A stretch of 64,000 nt of DNA, taken from Klebsiella pneumoniae. Lineage in GTDB: Bacteria; Verrucomicrobiota; Verrucomicrobiia; Limisphaerales; SXTU01. The stretch covers positions 6,397 to 70,396 of the forward strand of contig CALQJI020000012.1 of the NCBI GenBank assembly GCA_943330855.2, given 5' to 3'. Under the pieces are notes generated by a model, which did no database searches, was not told where the DNA came from, and saw nothing but the letters and a program-made list of their open reading frames with translations. Positions 55,302 through 64,000 of the stretch are shown here, piece by piece (positions within the stretch are counted from its first letter, which is position 1; every line of letters begins with the position of its first letter). Position numbers and translations under genes: made by a program.

Positions 55302-56738
55302 ATGCGCTTCCCCCTCGCGCTGACGGTCAAAATCGCCCGTCACATCATCAAGCACAAAGTCATCAAGCGAACGCCTAAGTTCGCCATGGTGCTCCAGCTC
55401 GAACCGTTGCACACCTGCAACCTCACCTGCACCGGCTGCGGGCGCATCCGTGAGTATTCCACCTCGCTCAAGGACATGGTGCCGCTGGAGCAATGTCTCG
55501 CCGCCGCGCAGGATTGCGACGCGCCGATGGTGTCCATCTGCGGCGGCGAGCCGCTGATTTACCCGAAGATTGAGGAACTGGTCGCCGGGCTGCGCGAGCA
55601 AAAGCGCATCATCTACATCTGCACGAACGCCATGTTCATGCGGAAGAAGATGCGGGACTACATGGCGACCGTCTTCACGCCGGAGATGGAGCCGAAGCTC
55701 CAGCAACTCGTCGCCGAGAAGCTCGTGACCGAGAAAGAGGCCGAGGCCATCCGCAAGGCCGATGCCGCCGCGAAGGCGAAGGTCGTCATCAAGCCCAGCA
55801 AGTGGATGTATTGGAACGTCCATGTGGACGGCTTGGAGTTCACCCACGACCTCATCGTCGAGCGCGAGGGCGTCTTCAAGGAGTGCGTCGCCGCTATCAA
55901 GATGGCGAAGATTCTCGGCTACCAGACTGCGACGAACACGACCGTTTACAAGGAGACCGATGTGCAGGAGATCGAGGACATGTTCAAGTTCCTCTCCTCG
56001 CTCGACGTGGACGGCCACACGATTTCCCCCGGTTACGACTACGACGCCGCCAAGAAGGACATGGTCAAGCGCCTCGGCCGCGACCCGAAGGAGTTCTTCC
56101 TCACGCGCGACATGACGCGCGCGAAGTTCAAGGACATCGAGAAGTGGGGCCAGCTCTTCACCATCTTCGGCACCCCGGTCTATCAGGAGTTCCTCGCCGG
56201 CAAGCGCGAGCTGACCTGCACCGCGTGGGCCATCCCAACCTACAACGTGAAGGGTTGGAAAGCGCCGTGCTACCTGATGACCGACGGGCATTACCCGACC
56301 TACGGCGAGATGCTTGGCACGGTGAAGTGGGAGACTTACGGCGTGGTGGACGGCGTCGCGCGCGATTCGCGCTGTGAACACTGCATGGTTCACTGCGGCT
56401 ACGATCCGAGCGGCGCGTTGAGTAACAAGCCCCGCGACACGTGGATTAACATGAAATACAACTTCGGCTCCAAGCCGAAGCCGTATGCCGCCAGCCCCGA
56501 ACTGGAAAAACGCGCCTTCAACGGTGTAACCATCGGCAAAGGCCACCTCGCCGAAGCCAAGGCCGCCATCAACCCCGCCGCCGGCGCACGCGGTGCCTTC
56601 ACCCGCAAGGAAGAGGAACACACGCACGCTGCCCCCGCCGCCACCGGTGGCGGTTGCGGCACCGGCGACACCTCCCAGCGAGATGACCTGCTGGCGAAGA
56701 TTAAGGCGAACGGCGCGGTGACGACGAAGGTCGAATGA
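55302..56738 (+). CDS. hpnH: Adenosyl-hopene transferase HpnH (radical SAM)
   Basis: MRFPLALTVKIARHIIKHK...LQLEPLHTCNLTCTGCGRIREY (CxxxCxxC) and ...SICGGEPL are the typical HpnH N-terminus. At 478 aa it is longer than I expect for the family. Confidence 0.85.
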   Translation: MRFPLALTVKIARHIIKHKVIKRTPKFAMVLQLEPLHTCNLTCTGCGRIREYSTSLKDMVPLEQCLAAAQDCDAPMVSICGGEPLIYPKIEELVAGLREQKRIIYICTNAMFMRKKMRDYMATVFTPEMEPKLQQLVAEKLVTEKEAEAIRKADAAAKAKVVIKPSKWMYWNVHVDGLEFTHDLIVEREGVFKECVAAIKMAKILGYQTATNTTVYKETDVQEIEDMFKFLSSLDVDGHTISPGYDYDAAKKDMVKRLGRDPKEFFLTRDMTRAKFKDIEKWGQLFTIFGTPVYQEFLAGKRELTCTAWAIPTYNVKGWKAPCYLMTDGHYPTYGEMLGTVKWETYGVVDGVARDSRCEHCMVHCGYDPSGALSNKPRDTWINMKYNFGSKPKPYAASPELEKRAFNGVTIGKGHLAEAKAAINPAAGARGAFTRKEEEHTHAAPAATGGGCGTGDTSQRDDLLAKIKANGAVTTKVE

Positions 56739-56971
56739 AAATCGTTCTCGAACAGAAAGACTTCGGCGGTCTCCCGGTCAATGTGGACCCGGAGATTTTA
56801 GGCGGCACACCCGTCTTTGCCGGGACGCGTGTTCCGATTGATGCGCTCTGGGGTAACCTTTCCGAAGGAGCGACGCTGGATGAATTCCTCGACTGGTTCC
56901 CGACCGTCGAGCGGTCGCAAGCCGAGGCCGTGTTGCGCTTCGGATACCGAACCTTGGCCACGGCGGCATGA
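56735..56971 (+). CDS. DUF433 domain protein (antitoxin-like)
   Basis: DPEILGGTPVFAGTRVPIDALW is the DUF433 core. 78 aa. The ATG overlaps the hpnH stop (ATGA). Confidence 0.8.
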   Translation: MKIVLEQKDFGGLPVNVDPEILGGTPVFAGTRVPIDALWGNLSEGATLDEFLDWFPTVERSQAEAVLRFGYRTLATAA

Positions 56972-57294
56972 AGGTTCTCTTTGACGAATGCGTTCCGCGT
57001 CCTTTGCGGCGGGCGCTCACCGGACACGAAATCTCCACAATTGATGAAGCTGGCTGGAAAGGACTCAAGAACGGCGTTCTTCTGCGACAAGCGGAAGAGC
57101 GCTTCGGGGCCTTTGTCACTGCGGACAAGAGCCTTCGCTACCAGCAGAATCTGGCGGCTGGCAGCCGCATTGCCATCCTCGAACTTGGCACCCCGCATTG
57201 GCCGAGGTTGCAACGCTTCATTCCACAAATTCAACCGGCCTTGGATGGCCTTCAACCCGGTGAGTATCACACACTGAACATTTTCAAATCATGA
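56968..57294 (+). CDS. DUF5615 (Mut7-C/PIN-like) protein (toxin-like partner of DUF433)
   Basis: MKVLFDECVPRPLRRAL... is the typical DUF5615 N-terminus. 108 aa. It has ATGA overlaps at both ends. Confidence 0.8.
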   Translation: MKVLFDECVPRPLRRALTGHEISTIDEAGWKGLKNGVLLRQAEERFGAFVTADKSLRYQQNLAAGSRIAILELGTPHWPRLQRFIPQIQPALDGLQPGEYHTLNIFKS

Positions 57295-58739
57295 GCGCAC
57301 TCTTCCTCTCCCCTCCCTCCTTCGACGGCTTTGACGGCGGCGCCGGTGCCCGCTACCAGGCCACGCGCGAAGTCACCAGCTACTGGTATCCCACCTGGCT
57401 CGCGCAGCCCGCCGCGCTCGTGCCCGGCAGCCGGCTCCTCGACTGCCCGCCGCACCACATTGACATGGCCAAGTGCCTCGCCATCGCGAAGGACTTCGAC
57501 CACGTCATCATCAACACCTCCACGCCCTCGCTGAAGAACGACTGCAAGGTCGCCGAGGCCATCAAGCAGCAGCGGCCCGCCACCAAGATTGGCTTCGTCG
57601 GCGCGCACGCGATGGTGCTGCCCACCGAGACCCTCAAGGCCTCGTGGGCCATTGACTGGGTCGCGCGCAAGGAGTTCGACTTCACCTGCAAGGAAGTCGC
57701 CGAAGGCCGCGACCTCGCGACCGTGAAGGGCGTTTCCTACAAGGACAGCGAAGGGAAGATTAAGCACAACCCCGAGCGCGAGATGATTACCGACATGGAC
57801 TCGCTCCCGTGGGTCGCCGACGTCTACAAGCGCGACCTCGAGATTGAGAAGTATTTCATCGGCTACCTCCAGCATCCCTACGTCTCGATGTATACCGGCC
57901 GCGGATGCCCGGCCCAATGCACCTTCTGCCTCTGGCCGCAGACCATCGGTGGGCACAAGTATCGCGTCCGCAGCGCGCAGAACGTCGCCGACGAGATGGC
58001 CCACATGAAGAAAATCTTCCCGCAGGTGCGCGAGTTCTTCTTCGATGATGACACCTTCACCGCGAACCTCCCGCGCGCCCGCGAAATCGCCAAGAAGCTC
58101 GGGCCCCTCGGCGTGGACTGGTCGTGCAACAGCCGCGCGAACCTCGACTACGACACCATCAAGAGTTTCAAGGACAACGGCCTGCGCCTCTTCCTCGTCG
58201 GCTACGAGAGCGGCAACGACGAGACCCTCACACGCATCAAGAAAGGCGTGACCACCGACGAGATGCGCCGCTTCACCAAAGACTGTCACAAGGCCGGCGT
58301 CGTCATCCACGGCACCTTCATCCTCGGCCTGCCCGTCGAGACAAAGGAGACCATTGAGCAGACTATCAACTTCGCGAAGGAGCTGGACGTCTTCAGCCTC
58401 CAGGTCTCCCTCGCCGCGCCGTATCCTGGCACCGAGCTGTTCGAGCAGGCCAAGATGAACGGCTGGTTCGTGAAGAAGGACAAGACCGACCTCGTGGAAG
58501 GCGACGGTCTCCAGCAGTCCACGCTCGAATACCCCGGCCTCTCGAAGGAGCAAATCTTCGAGGACGTCGAGCGTTTCTACCGCAGCTACTACCTGCGCCC
58601 GAAGCCGATTCTCCGCATCATCAAGACGATGCTCGAAGACAAGGACGTCTGCGTCCGCCGCTTGCGCGAAGGTTACGAGTTCTTCAAGAGCATGGCCGCC
58701 CGCCGCAGCGACCTCGCGGCGGCGAAGGCGGCATCGTAG
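57291..58739 (+). CDS. hpnJ: Hopanoid-biosynthesis-associated B12-binding radical SAM protein HpnJ
   Basis: MSALFLSPPSFDGFDGGAGARYQA..., a B12-binding-like N-terminal domain, and the radical SAM cluster motif GRGCPAQCTFC. Confidence 0.8.
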   Translation: MSALFLSPPSFDGFDGGAGARYQATREVTSYWYPTWLAQPAALVPGSRLLDCPPHHIDMAKCLAIAKDFDHVIINTSTPSLKNDCKVAEAIKQQRPATKIGFVGAHAMVLPTETLKASWAIDWVARKEFDFTCKEVAEGRDLATVKGVSYKDSEGKIKHNPEREMITDMDSLPWVADVYKRDLEIEKYFIGYLQHPYVSMYTGRGCPAQCTFCLWPQTIGGHKYRVRSAQNVADEMAHMKKIFPQVREFFFDDDTFTANLPRAREIAKKLGPLGVDWSCNSRANLDYDTIKSFKDNGLRLFLVGYESGNDETLTRIKKGVTTDEMRRFTKDCHKAGVVIHGTFILGLPVETKETIEQTINFAKELDVFSLQVSLAAPYPGTELFEQAKMNGWFVKKDKTDLVEGDGLQQSTLEYPGLSKEQIFEDVERFYRSYYLRPKPILRIIKTMLEDKDVCVRRLREGYEFFKSMAARRSDLAAAKAAS

Positions 58740-58846
58740 CTCCCCGACTCGCTGTCGGGAGGGGACGGTGTCGTGACCGTGAACCCTAAGCCGGGCAAAC
58801 CGGCGGCACGCCACTGGTGCGCTGAAATGTCCGCAACAGTTGAATC

Positions 58847-59339
58847 ATGAGCCAGGGCGTGAAGCACTGCGGTTGTGGTCAGGTCAACGCCGAGCATGAT
58901 GCGTTCTGTGCCCGGTGCGGTCAGCCCATCTTCGATGTTGTCGCGGTCACGACGGAACTGCGGGAGCCAGAGGCGAAGCCGGAATCCGCTCCCGACTCAG
59001 TGGTTCCCGTTGCCGCTGCCTCACGGAAAAAGTCTACCCCCCTCTGCGGCACGATGAACGAGTTCGCCGCCCTGCTCTGCGGCGGCACGGGCTGCGGGAA
59101 CGACCTGAGCGCGGTCCTGCCGAGCCGCGGCACTCCGTCGGCGAACAAGGCGGCGGCACGTGTTGCTCACGCGGCGCGACGGCCAATGGTTCGTCACTGC
59201 TCTGGCGGGCGTGCCAAACATCACGCAGCTCGACGGCCGCGAGCTGCCGCGCGGCACGCCGCACTCGCTGACCGGCGAGCATACGTTGAAGATGTCCACG
59301 CAGTGTGAGGTGAAGTTGAAGGTGCCCGCGGACAAGTGA
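58847..59339 (+). pseudogene. Double zinc-ribbon protein with FHA-like C-terminus, interrupted by a frame change near 59150-59165 (or two ORFs)
   Basis: Frame A (58847-) reads MSQGVKHCGCGQ...CARCGQ...CGTMNEF..CGGTGCGNDL and then turns Arg/Ala-rich. Frame B is open from 59109 to the TGA at 59337-59339 and reads LLTRRDGQWFVTALAGVPNITQLDGRELPRGTPHSLTGEHTLKMSTQCEVKLKV. Confidence 0.4.
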
Positions 59340-59418
59340 CGGAGTCGGACGCAACGCGAGCCCGCGAGGGAGGCGGGTTCGTTGACTCTGGGGAAACGCG
59401 TCGATATGTTCACCACAC

Positions 59419-59811
59419 ATGATGGCTGGAACCGCAATCGCCCCCACCGCCGCCGCCCAACCGAGTTTTCGCGTCGGCGACGAGCGGCTCATCAAGCTCA
59501 CCGCCAACGCCGCGAAGAAGGTTTCCACGCTGCTCACCAAGCAGGGTCGGCCGTCCGGCGTGCTGCGCGTGGCCGTCATCGGCGGTGGCTGCTCCGGCCT
59601 GCAATACAAGATGGACCTCCAAGACCGCCCGCAGAACCGCGACTTCCTCGTCGAGAGCGCGGGCGTGAAGGTGGTGGTGGACCCGAAGAGCGCGCTCTAC
59701 GTGACCGGCAGCGAGTTGGACTACGTGGAAGCGCTGACCGATGGCGGGTTCAAGGTGACGAATCCCAACGCCGCCACGAGCTGCTCGTGCGGTGAGAGTT
59801 TTAGCGCGTGA
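59419..59811 (+). CDS. A-type iron-sulfur carrier (IscA/ErpA/HesB family)
   Basis: LRVAVIGGGCSGLQYKM and the C-terminal NPNAATSCSCGESF supply the three conserved Cys residues. Confidence 0.85.
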   Translation: MMAGTAIAPTAAAQPSFRVGDERLIKLTANAAKKVSTLLTKQGRPSGVLRVAVIGGGCSGLQYKMDLQDRPQNRDFLVESAGVKVVVDPKSALYVTGSELDYVEALTDGGFKVTNPNAATSCSCGESFSA

Positions 59812-60425
59812 TCGACTGCTTCGCCCTGCTCGATGAGCCGCGTCGTCCGTGGCTGGACGCGGACGCGCTCAAGACCAAGTTCCTCGCCCGCTCCGCTGCG
59901 GTGCATCCCGACCGCTTCCACAACGCCCCCGCTGCCGGGCGCGCCGCTGCGCAGGAGAGTTACACCGCACTGAACGCCGCGTTCACCACGCTGCGCGAGC
60001 CGAAGGACCGCTTGCAGCACCTGCTCGAACTGGAGTCCGGCGCGAAGCCCGGCAACATACAGTCCACGCCGCCGGAGCTGATGGACCTGTTCTTCGCCGT
60101 CGGCCAGCTCTGCCGCGACGTGGATTTTTTCCTCATCGAGAAGGGCCGTGCGAACTCGCCGCTGCTCAAAGTGAAAATGTTCCGCCGCGCGATGGACTGG
60201 ACGAACCAAATTAACGCGCTCCAAACGCGGCTGCGTGCGAAGCGTGGCGAGGTGGAGGCGGAATTGCTGGCCATGAACGACGCGTGGCTCGCCGCACCGT
60301 CGGAGCCAGAGGCGCGGCGGGCAGCGCTGCCGTTCGCGCGACTGGAGCCGCTCTATCGCACGTTCAGCTTTCTGAGCCGGTGGGTCGGGCAGTTACAGGA
60401 GCGCTTGGTATCACTGGCGTTTTGA
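59808..60425 (+). CDS. HscB-like J-domain Fe-S co-chaperone
   Basis: CFALLDEPRRPWLDADALKTKFLARSAAVHPDRF contains the HPD motif. A helical C-terminal domain follows. The GTG start overlaps the upstream stop (GTGA). Confidence 0.65.
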   Translation: MIDCFALLDEPRRPWLDADALKTKFLARSAAVHPDRFHNAPAAGRAAAQESYTALNAAFTTLREPKDRLQHLLELESGAKPGNIQSTPPELMDLFFAVGQLCRDVDFFLIEKGRANSPLLKVKMFRRAMDWTNQINALQTRLRAKRGEVEAELLAMNDAWLAAPSEPEARRAALPFARLEPLYRTFSFLSRWVGQLQERLVSLAF

Positions 60426-60510
60426 CTTTGCACCCCGTGCGGCGGTTGACGTTGCCTTCGCTGAGTGGCTACGTTCGCCGCGTTGTCCACCGGCCCCAAG
60501 TAAACACTCC

Positions 60511-61131
60511 ATGAAAAAGACATTGTTCGCTCTCGCACTTTCCATCACCTGCCTCGCCTCAGCGGCGGACAAGGACGGTTGGATTTCCCTCTTCGACGGC
60601 AAGTCGCTCGCTGGCTGGAAGGCGAACGAGGCCCCGGATACCTTCAAGGTCGAGAACGGCGAACTCATCGTGAAGGGGCCGCGCGCGCACCTGTTCTACG
60701 TGGGCGACGTGCAGGGCGCGAAGTTCAAGAACTTTGAGCTGAAGCTGGATATCAGCACCCGGCCCAAGGCGAACTCCGGTGTCTATTTTCACACCGAGTT
60801 CGGCCCCGGCTGGCCGGCGAAAGGCTATGAGGTGCAGGTCAACAACACCCACGGCGACCCAAAGAAGACCGCCGGCCTCTACAATGTGAAGGACAACCTG
60901 GAAGCGCCCGCGAAGGACGGCGAGTGGTTCACCATGACCATCAAGGTTGTCGGCAAGCGCGTCACCACCAGCGTCAACGGCAAGGTCATCGTGGACTACA
61001 CCGAGGAGGAGAAGCCGGAGCGGAAGAGCAATCCAGGCCGGCTCATCAGCAGCGGCACCTTCGCCATCCAAGGCCACGACCCCGGCAGCGTGATTCACTA
61101 CAAGAACATCTTCGTGAAGCCGCTGCCGTGA
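60511..61131 (+). CDS. DUF1080 (3-keto-disaccharide hydrolase-like) secreted protein
   Basis: A signal peptide precedes DGWISLFDGKSLAGWK ... FAIQGHDPGSVIHYKNIFVKPL. Confidence 0.85.
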   Translation: MKKTLFALALSITCLASAADKDGWISLFDGKSLAGWKANEAPDTFKVENGELIVKGPRAHLFYVGDVQGAKFKNFELKLDISTRPKANSGVYFHTEFGPGWPAKGYEVQVNNTHGDPKKTAGLYNVKDNLEAPAKDGEWFTMTIKVVGKRVTTSVNGKVIVDYTEEEKPERKSNPGRLISSGTFAIQGHDPGSVIHYKNIFVKPLP

Positions 61132-61207
61132 GCGGGTGGGCAGCGTTTCTCCGCACAGAACTGTAATTGCTGGCGGGCTAGCCTTTTGACAGGCTGCGGG
61201 CAACCGC

Positions 61208-62107
61208 ATGGCCCACGTCTCCGACTTCCTCACGCCGGCCGAGTTGCAGAAGGTAGCGAACTTGCAGGTCGTCGCGCGGCTGGTGGTCGAGGGCTTCTTC
61301 TCCGGGTTGCACAAGTCGCCGCACAAGGGTTTTAGCGTCGAGTTCGCCCAGCACCGGCAGTATGTGCAAGGCGACGAAATCCGCCGGCTCGACTGGAAGG
61401 TCTTCGGCAAGACCGACCGCTACTACATCCGCGAATACGAGGAGGAAACCAACCTCCGCGCCACGCTCCTGCTCGACCTCAGCGGCTCCATGAGCTACGC
61501 GGGTGCGGGCGGCGCGTCGAAGGCCGACTACGCCATCCGCCTCGCCGCCGCGCTCGCCTACCTCATGCTCCAGCAGCGCGACAGCGTGGGCCTCGTCACT
61601 TTCGACGCCAAAATCCGCCGCTACATCCCGCCGCGCTCCAGTGTGCCGCACCTGCGCGTGTTGCTCGACGAACTCCAGTCCGCGAAACCCGGCGGCGAGA
61701 CCGCGCTCGGCGGCGTCTTCCACGACCTCGTCCCGCGCATCCAACGACGCGGCCTGCTCATCGTCCTCTCCGACTGCTTTGGCGACTCGAAGGAATTGCT
61801 GAAGGCCCTCGCGCACTTCCGCCACGCCCGCCACGAGATTCTCATCTTCCAAATCCTCGACCGCGACGAACTGGAGTTCCCCTTCACCCACTGGACGCGC
61901 TTCGAGTCGCTGGAGCAGGCCGGCGCGCACCGGATGATTGACCCCGCGCAATTCCGCGCCGCCTACCTCGACAACCTGAAGAAGTTCCAAGATGAACTCA
62001 CCCAAGGCTGCCACCGCCACCATATTGACCTCGTGCAAATGGTCACGGACCAGCCCTACGCCGACGCGCTGGCGCAGTATCTGACGAGGAGGCTGGCGCG
62101 CGGATGA
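61208..62107 (+). CDS. DUF58 protein (vWA-like, MoxR-system associated)
   Basis: [49 protein letters not shown] is the DUF58 core. Confidence 0.85.
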   Translation: MAHVSDFLTPAELQKVANLQVVARLVVEGFFSGLHKSPHKGFSVEFAQHRQYVQGDEIRRLDWKVFGKTDRYYIREYEEETNLRATLLLDLSGSMSYAGAGGASKADYAIRLAAALAYLMLQQRDSVGLVTFDAKIRRYIPPRSSVPHLRVLLDELQSAKPGGETALGGVFHDLVPRIQRRGLLIVLSDCFGDSKELLKALAHFRHARHEILIFQILDRDELEFPFTHWTRFESLEQAGAHRMIDPAQFRAAYLDNLKKFQDELTQGCHRHHIDLVQMVTDQPYADALAQYLTRRLARG

Positions 62108-64000
62108 CCTTCCTCAACTTCCTCCTCCTCGGCGGCATGGCGGCGGCGGCGATTCCGGTGCTGCTGCACTTCTTCAACCGCTCGCGTCCACGCGTCGTGC
62201 AATGGGGCGCGATGCACCTGCTCGACGCCGCCTTTCAGGCCCACACACGGCGGCTCAAGCTCGAGCAACTCCTCCTGCTCCTCGTGCGCTGCCTTATCCC
62301 CGTGCTGCTCGCGCTCTGCATGGCGCGGCCCGTCCTCACCGGCATGCGCGCGCTGCTCGGCGGCGCGAAGAGCTCGCTCGTCATCCTGCTCGACGACTCC
62401 TACTCCATGTCCGCGGGCGCGGGCGCGGCGTCGAACTTCGCGCAGGCCAAGGAAGCCGCGGCGAAGCTCATCGAGCAGGCCGGCTCCGGCTCCGACGTGG
62501 CCGTCATTCTCATGGGCGGCACGCCCCGGCAACTCCTCGAAGCCCCGACGCTCGACACCGTCCGCGTCACGAAGGCGCTTGCGCAACTCGAAGCCAATTT
62601 CGGCGCGGCCAACTTCCCCGAGACCCTCGAACTCGCTGCCAACGTCGCCGCGCAGATGCAGCACGGGCTGAAGGAATTCGTCGTCCTCAGCGACTTCCAG
62701 AAAGCCAGCTTCAGCGACGGCGAGGCCGCAGCTCGTGGGCGTGCGTTGCAGACCTTGAAACGCCTGCCCGTCCCGCCGCGCCTCACGTTCCTGCACGTCG
62801 GCACCGAGTCGCGCGACAACGTCGCCGTCGAGTCGCTCGACCTGCCCAAGCTTGCGCTCGGCGTCAACCAACCGCTCCAAGTCCGCGCCACGCTCCGCAA
62901 CTTCGGCGAGCGTGCATGGCCTGACCTGCGCGTCTTTTTCCACGCGGACGGCCGCGAGCGCGGCGCGCAGCAAATCGCGCTCGCGCCGGGCGAGCAGCGA
63001 CAAGTGCTCTTCACGCACACCTTCGACACCGCCGGCTTCCACACGCTCGAAGTCAACGCGGACGCCGACGCGCTCAAGGCCGACAACTCCCTCGCCGCCG
63101 TCGTCACCGTCTGGGAGAAATTGCCCGCCCTCCTCGTCAACGGCGACCCCAGCCCCGAGCCGCTCAAGGGCGAGACCGATTATCTCGACATCGCACTTTC
63201 GCCCGCGATGAAGGCCGCGACCGGCGGCAGCGACCTCATCCTCACGCGCGTCATCGCGCCCGGCGACCTCACGCCCGACGCGCTCTCGAAGTCCCGTGTC
63301 GTCGTGCTCGCGAACGTCCGTCAGCTCGCCGATGCGCAGGTCCGCGCACTCGCCGAGTTCGTCGCGAACGGCGGCGGCTTGCTCGTTTTCCCCGGCAACC
63401 GCATCAACACCGACTGGTATCACCGCACGCTCCGGGCCGCTGGCCTGCTTCCGCTGCCCTTCACCGCGCTCGCCGGCGGACTCGAAGACGGCAAGCCCCG
63501 CGTGAAGATTGTCGTCCAGCCCTTCACGCACCCGGCGATGGAACTCTTCAACGACGCACGCAACGGCAACCTCGCCGACGCGGAGATGAAGCTGTGGTTC
63601 CAGCTCGGCACGCGTCAGGAACAAACCGACCCCGGCCTCGGCATCCTCGCGCAACTCAGCACCGCCGACCCGTTCCTCGTGGAGAAGAAGAACGGCGAAG
63701 GCCGCGTCCTCCAATGCGCCGTCCCCTGCGACGCCGACTGGGGCAACCTCCCCGTGCGCCCCGTCTTCGTGCCGCTGATGCAACGCCTCGTCATCTACCT
63801 CGCGTCGCAAGCGCAGCCGCCGCGCAACGTCGAGGTGGGTAAGCCGCTCGCCGCGTTCGTGTCCCGCGCGCACGTCGGGCGGAAGGCGCAGTTCACCGGG
63901 CCTGACGGCGTGCGGCACGACGCGGCCATCACCGGACGCGGCGCGCTCGGCTACGTTGAGTCCGCGAAGACCAGCCGCCCTGGCACCTACACGCTCGCCG
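62104..64000 (+). CDS. BatA-type N-terminal double-TM + vWA domain protein (partial, runs off window)
   Basis: Hand translation from the ATG at 62104 gives [34 protein letters not shown]...[11 protein letters not shown] (MIDAS DxSxS). I translated only the first ~110 codons and the last 13 codons (...[13 protein letters not shown]) and found no stop in either. The rest is assumed open. The gene is absent from the ORF track, presumably because it has no stop. The ATG overlaps the DUF58 stop (ATGA). Confidence 0.75.
   Translation, partial: MTFLNFLLLGGMAAAAIPVLLHFFNRSRPRVVQWGAMHLLDAAFQAHTRRLKLEQLLLLLVRCLIPVLLALCMARPVLTGMRALLGGAKSSLVILLDDSYSMSAGAGAASNFAQAKEAAAKLIEQAGSGSDVAVILMGGTPRQLLEAPTLDTVRVTKALAQLEANFGAANFPETLELAANVAAQMQHGLKEFVVLSDFQKASFSDGEAAARGRALQTLKRLPVPPRLTFLHVGTESRDNVAVESLDLPKLALGVNQPLQVRATLRNFGERAWPDLRVFFHADGRERGAQQIALAPGEQRQVLFTHTFDTAGFHTLEVNADADALKADNSLAAVVTVWEKLPALLVNGDPSPEPLKGETDYLDIALSPAMKAATGGSDLILTRVIAPGDLTPDALSKSRVVVLANVRQLADAQVRALAEFVANGGGLLVFPGNRINTDWYHRTLRAAGLLPLPFTALAGGLEDGKPRVKIVVQPFTHPAMELFNDARNGNLADAEMKLWFQLGTRQEQTDPGLGILAQLSTADPFLVEKKNGEGRVLQCAVPCDADWGNLPVRPVFVPLMQRLVIYLASQAQPPRNVEVGKPLAAFVSRAHVGRKAQFTGPDGVRHDAAITGRGALGYVESAKTSRPGTYTLA

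Overview
High-G+C bacterial chromosomal segment. The gene content (PSCyt/PSD1 + DUF1501 pair, DUF1080, DUF58/BatA, hopanoid hpnH/hpnJ, GxxExxY, many antisense shadow ORFs) points to the PVC superphylum, most likely Verrucomicrobiota; this is inference. Layout: (1) 0-8.9 kb is a surface-glycan/LPS-type cluster with WbqC, CmcI-like, FkbM and class I methyltransferases, a DegT aminotransferase and GT2/GT1/GT9/GT4 glycosyltransferases. (2) 9-17 kb is the minus-strand cell-shape operon mreB-mreC-mreD-mrdA-rodA-rng. (3) Next come a PQQ-propeller protein, ftsK, a 1423-aa AsmA/TamB-like protein, a Tat-exported Mo-oxidoreductase, a GT2 and the PSD1/DUF1501 pair. (4) Then arfB, a sugar isomerase and TauE. 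(5) 35.3-42.7 kb is a minus-strand accessory operon: kleisin-like / small protein / 898-aa SMC-like ATPase / Toprim (JetD-like). This forms a compact Wadjet/MksBEFG-like module, followed by an orphan 296-aa gene and a frameshifted RNA-ligase-type (KxDG) nucleotidyltransferase. It is the best candidate here for an undescribed system. (6) The rest holds purB, rarA, 5-FCL, rny, plsC, cmk, aroA, an SDR, tRNA(CAT), hpnH/hpnJ, Fe-S carrier/co-chaperone genes, DUF1080, DUF58 and a BatA-like gene that runs off the window. Two housekeeping genes (purB, aroA) carry small cassettes inserted at their 3' ends, each leaving a displaced copy of the original 3' end behind. A GxxExxY gene and a DUF433/DUF5615 pair are wedged into aroA-cmk and hpnH-hpnJ. 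The window also contains many 7-8-nt tandem arrays (in 5' leaders and in frame inside CDSs) and REP-like palindromes. I saw no rRNA, CRISPR array, integrase or transposase. All family calls come from motif recognition by eye; no searches were run.
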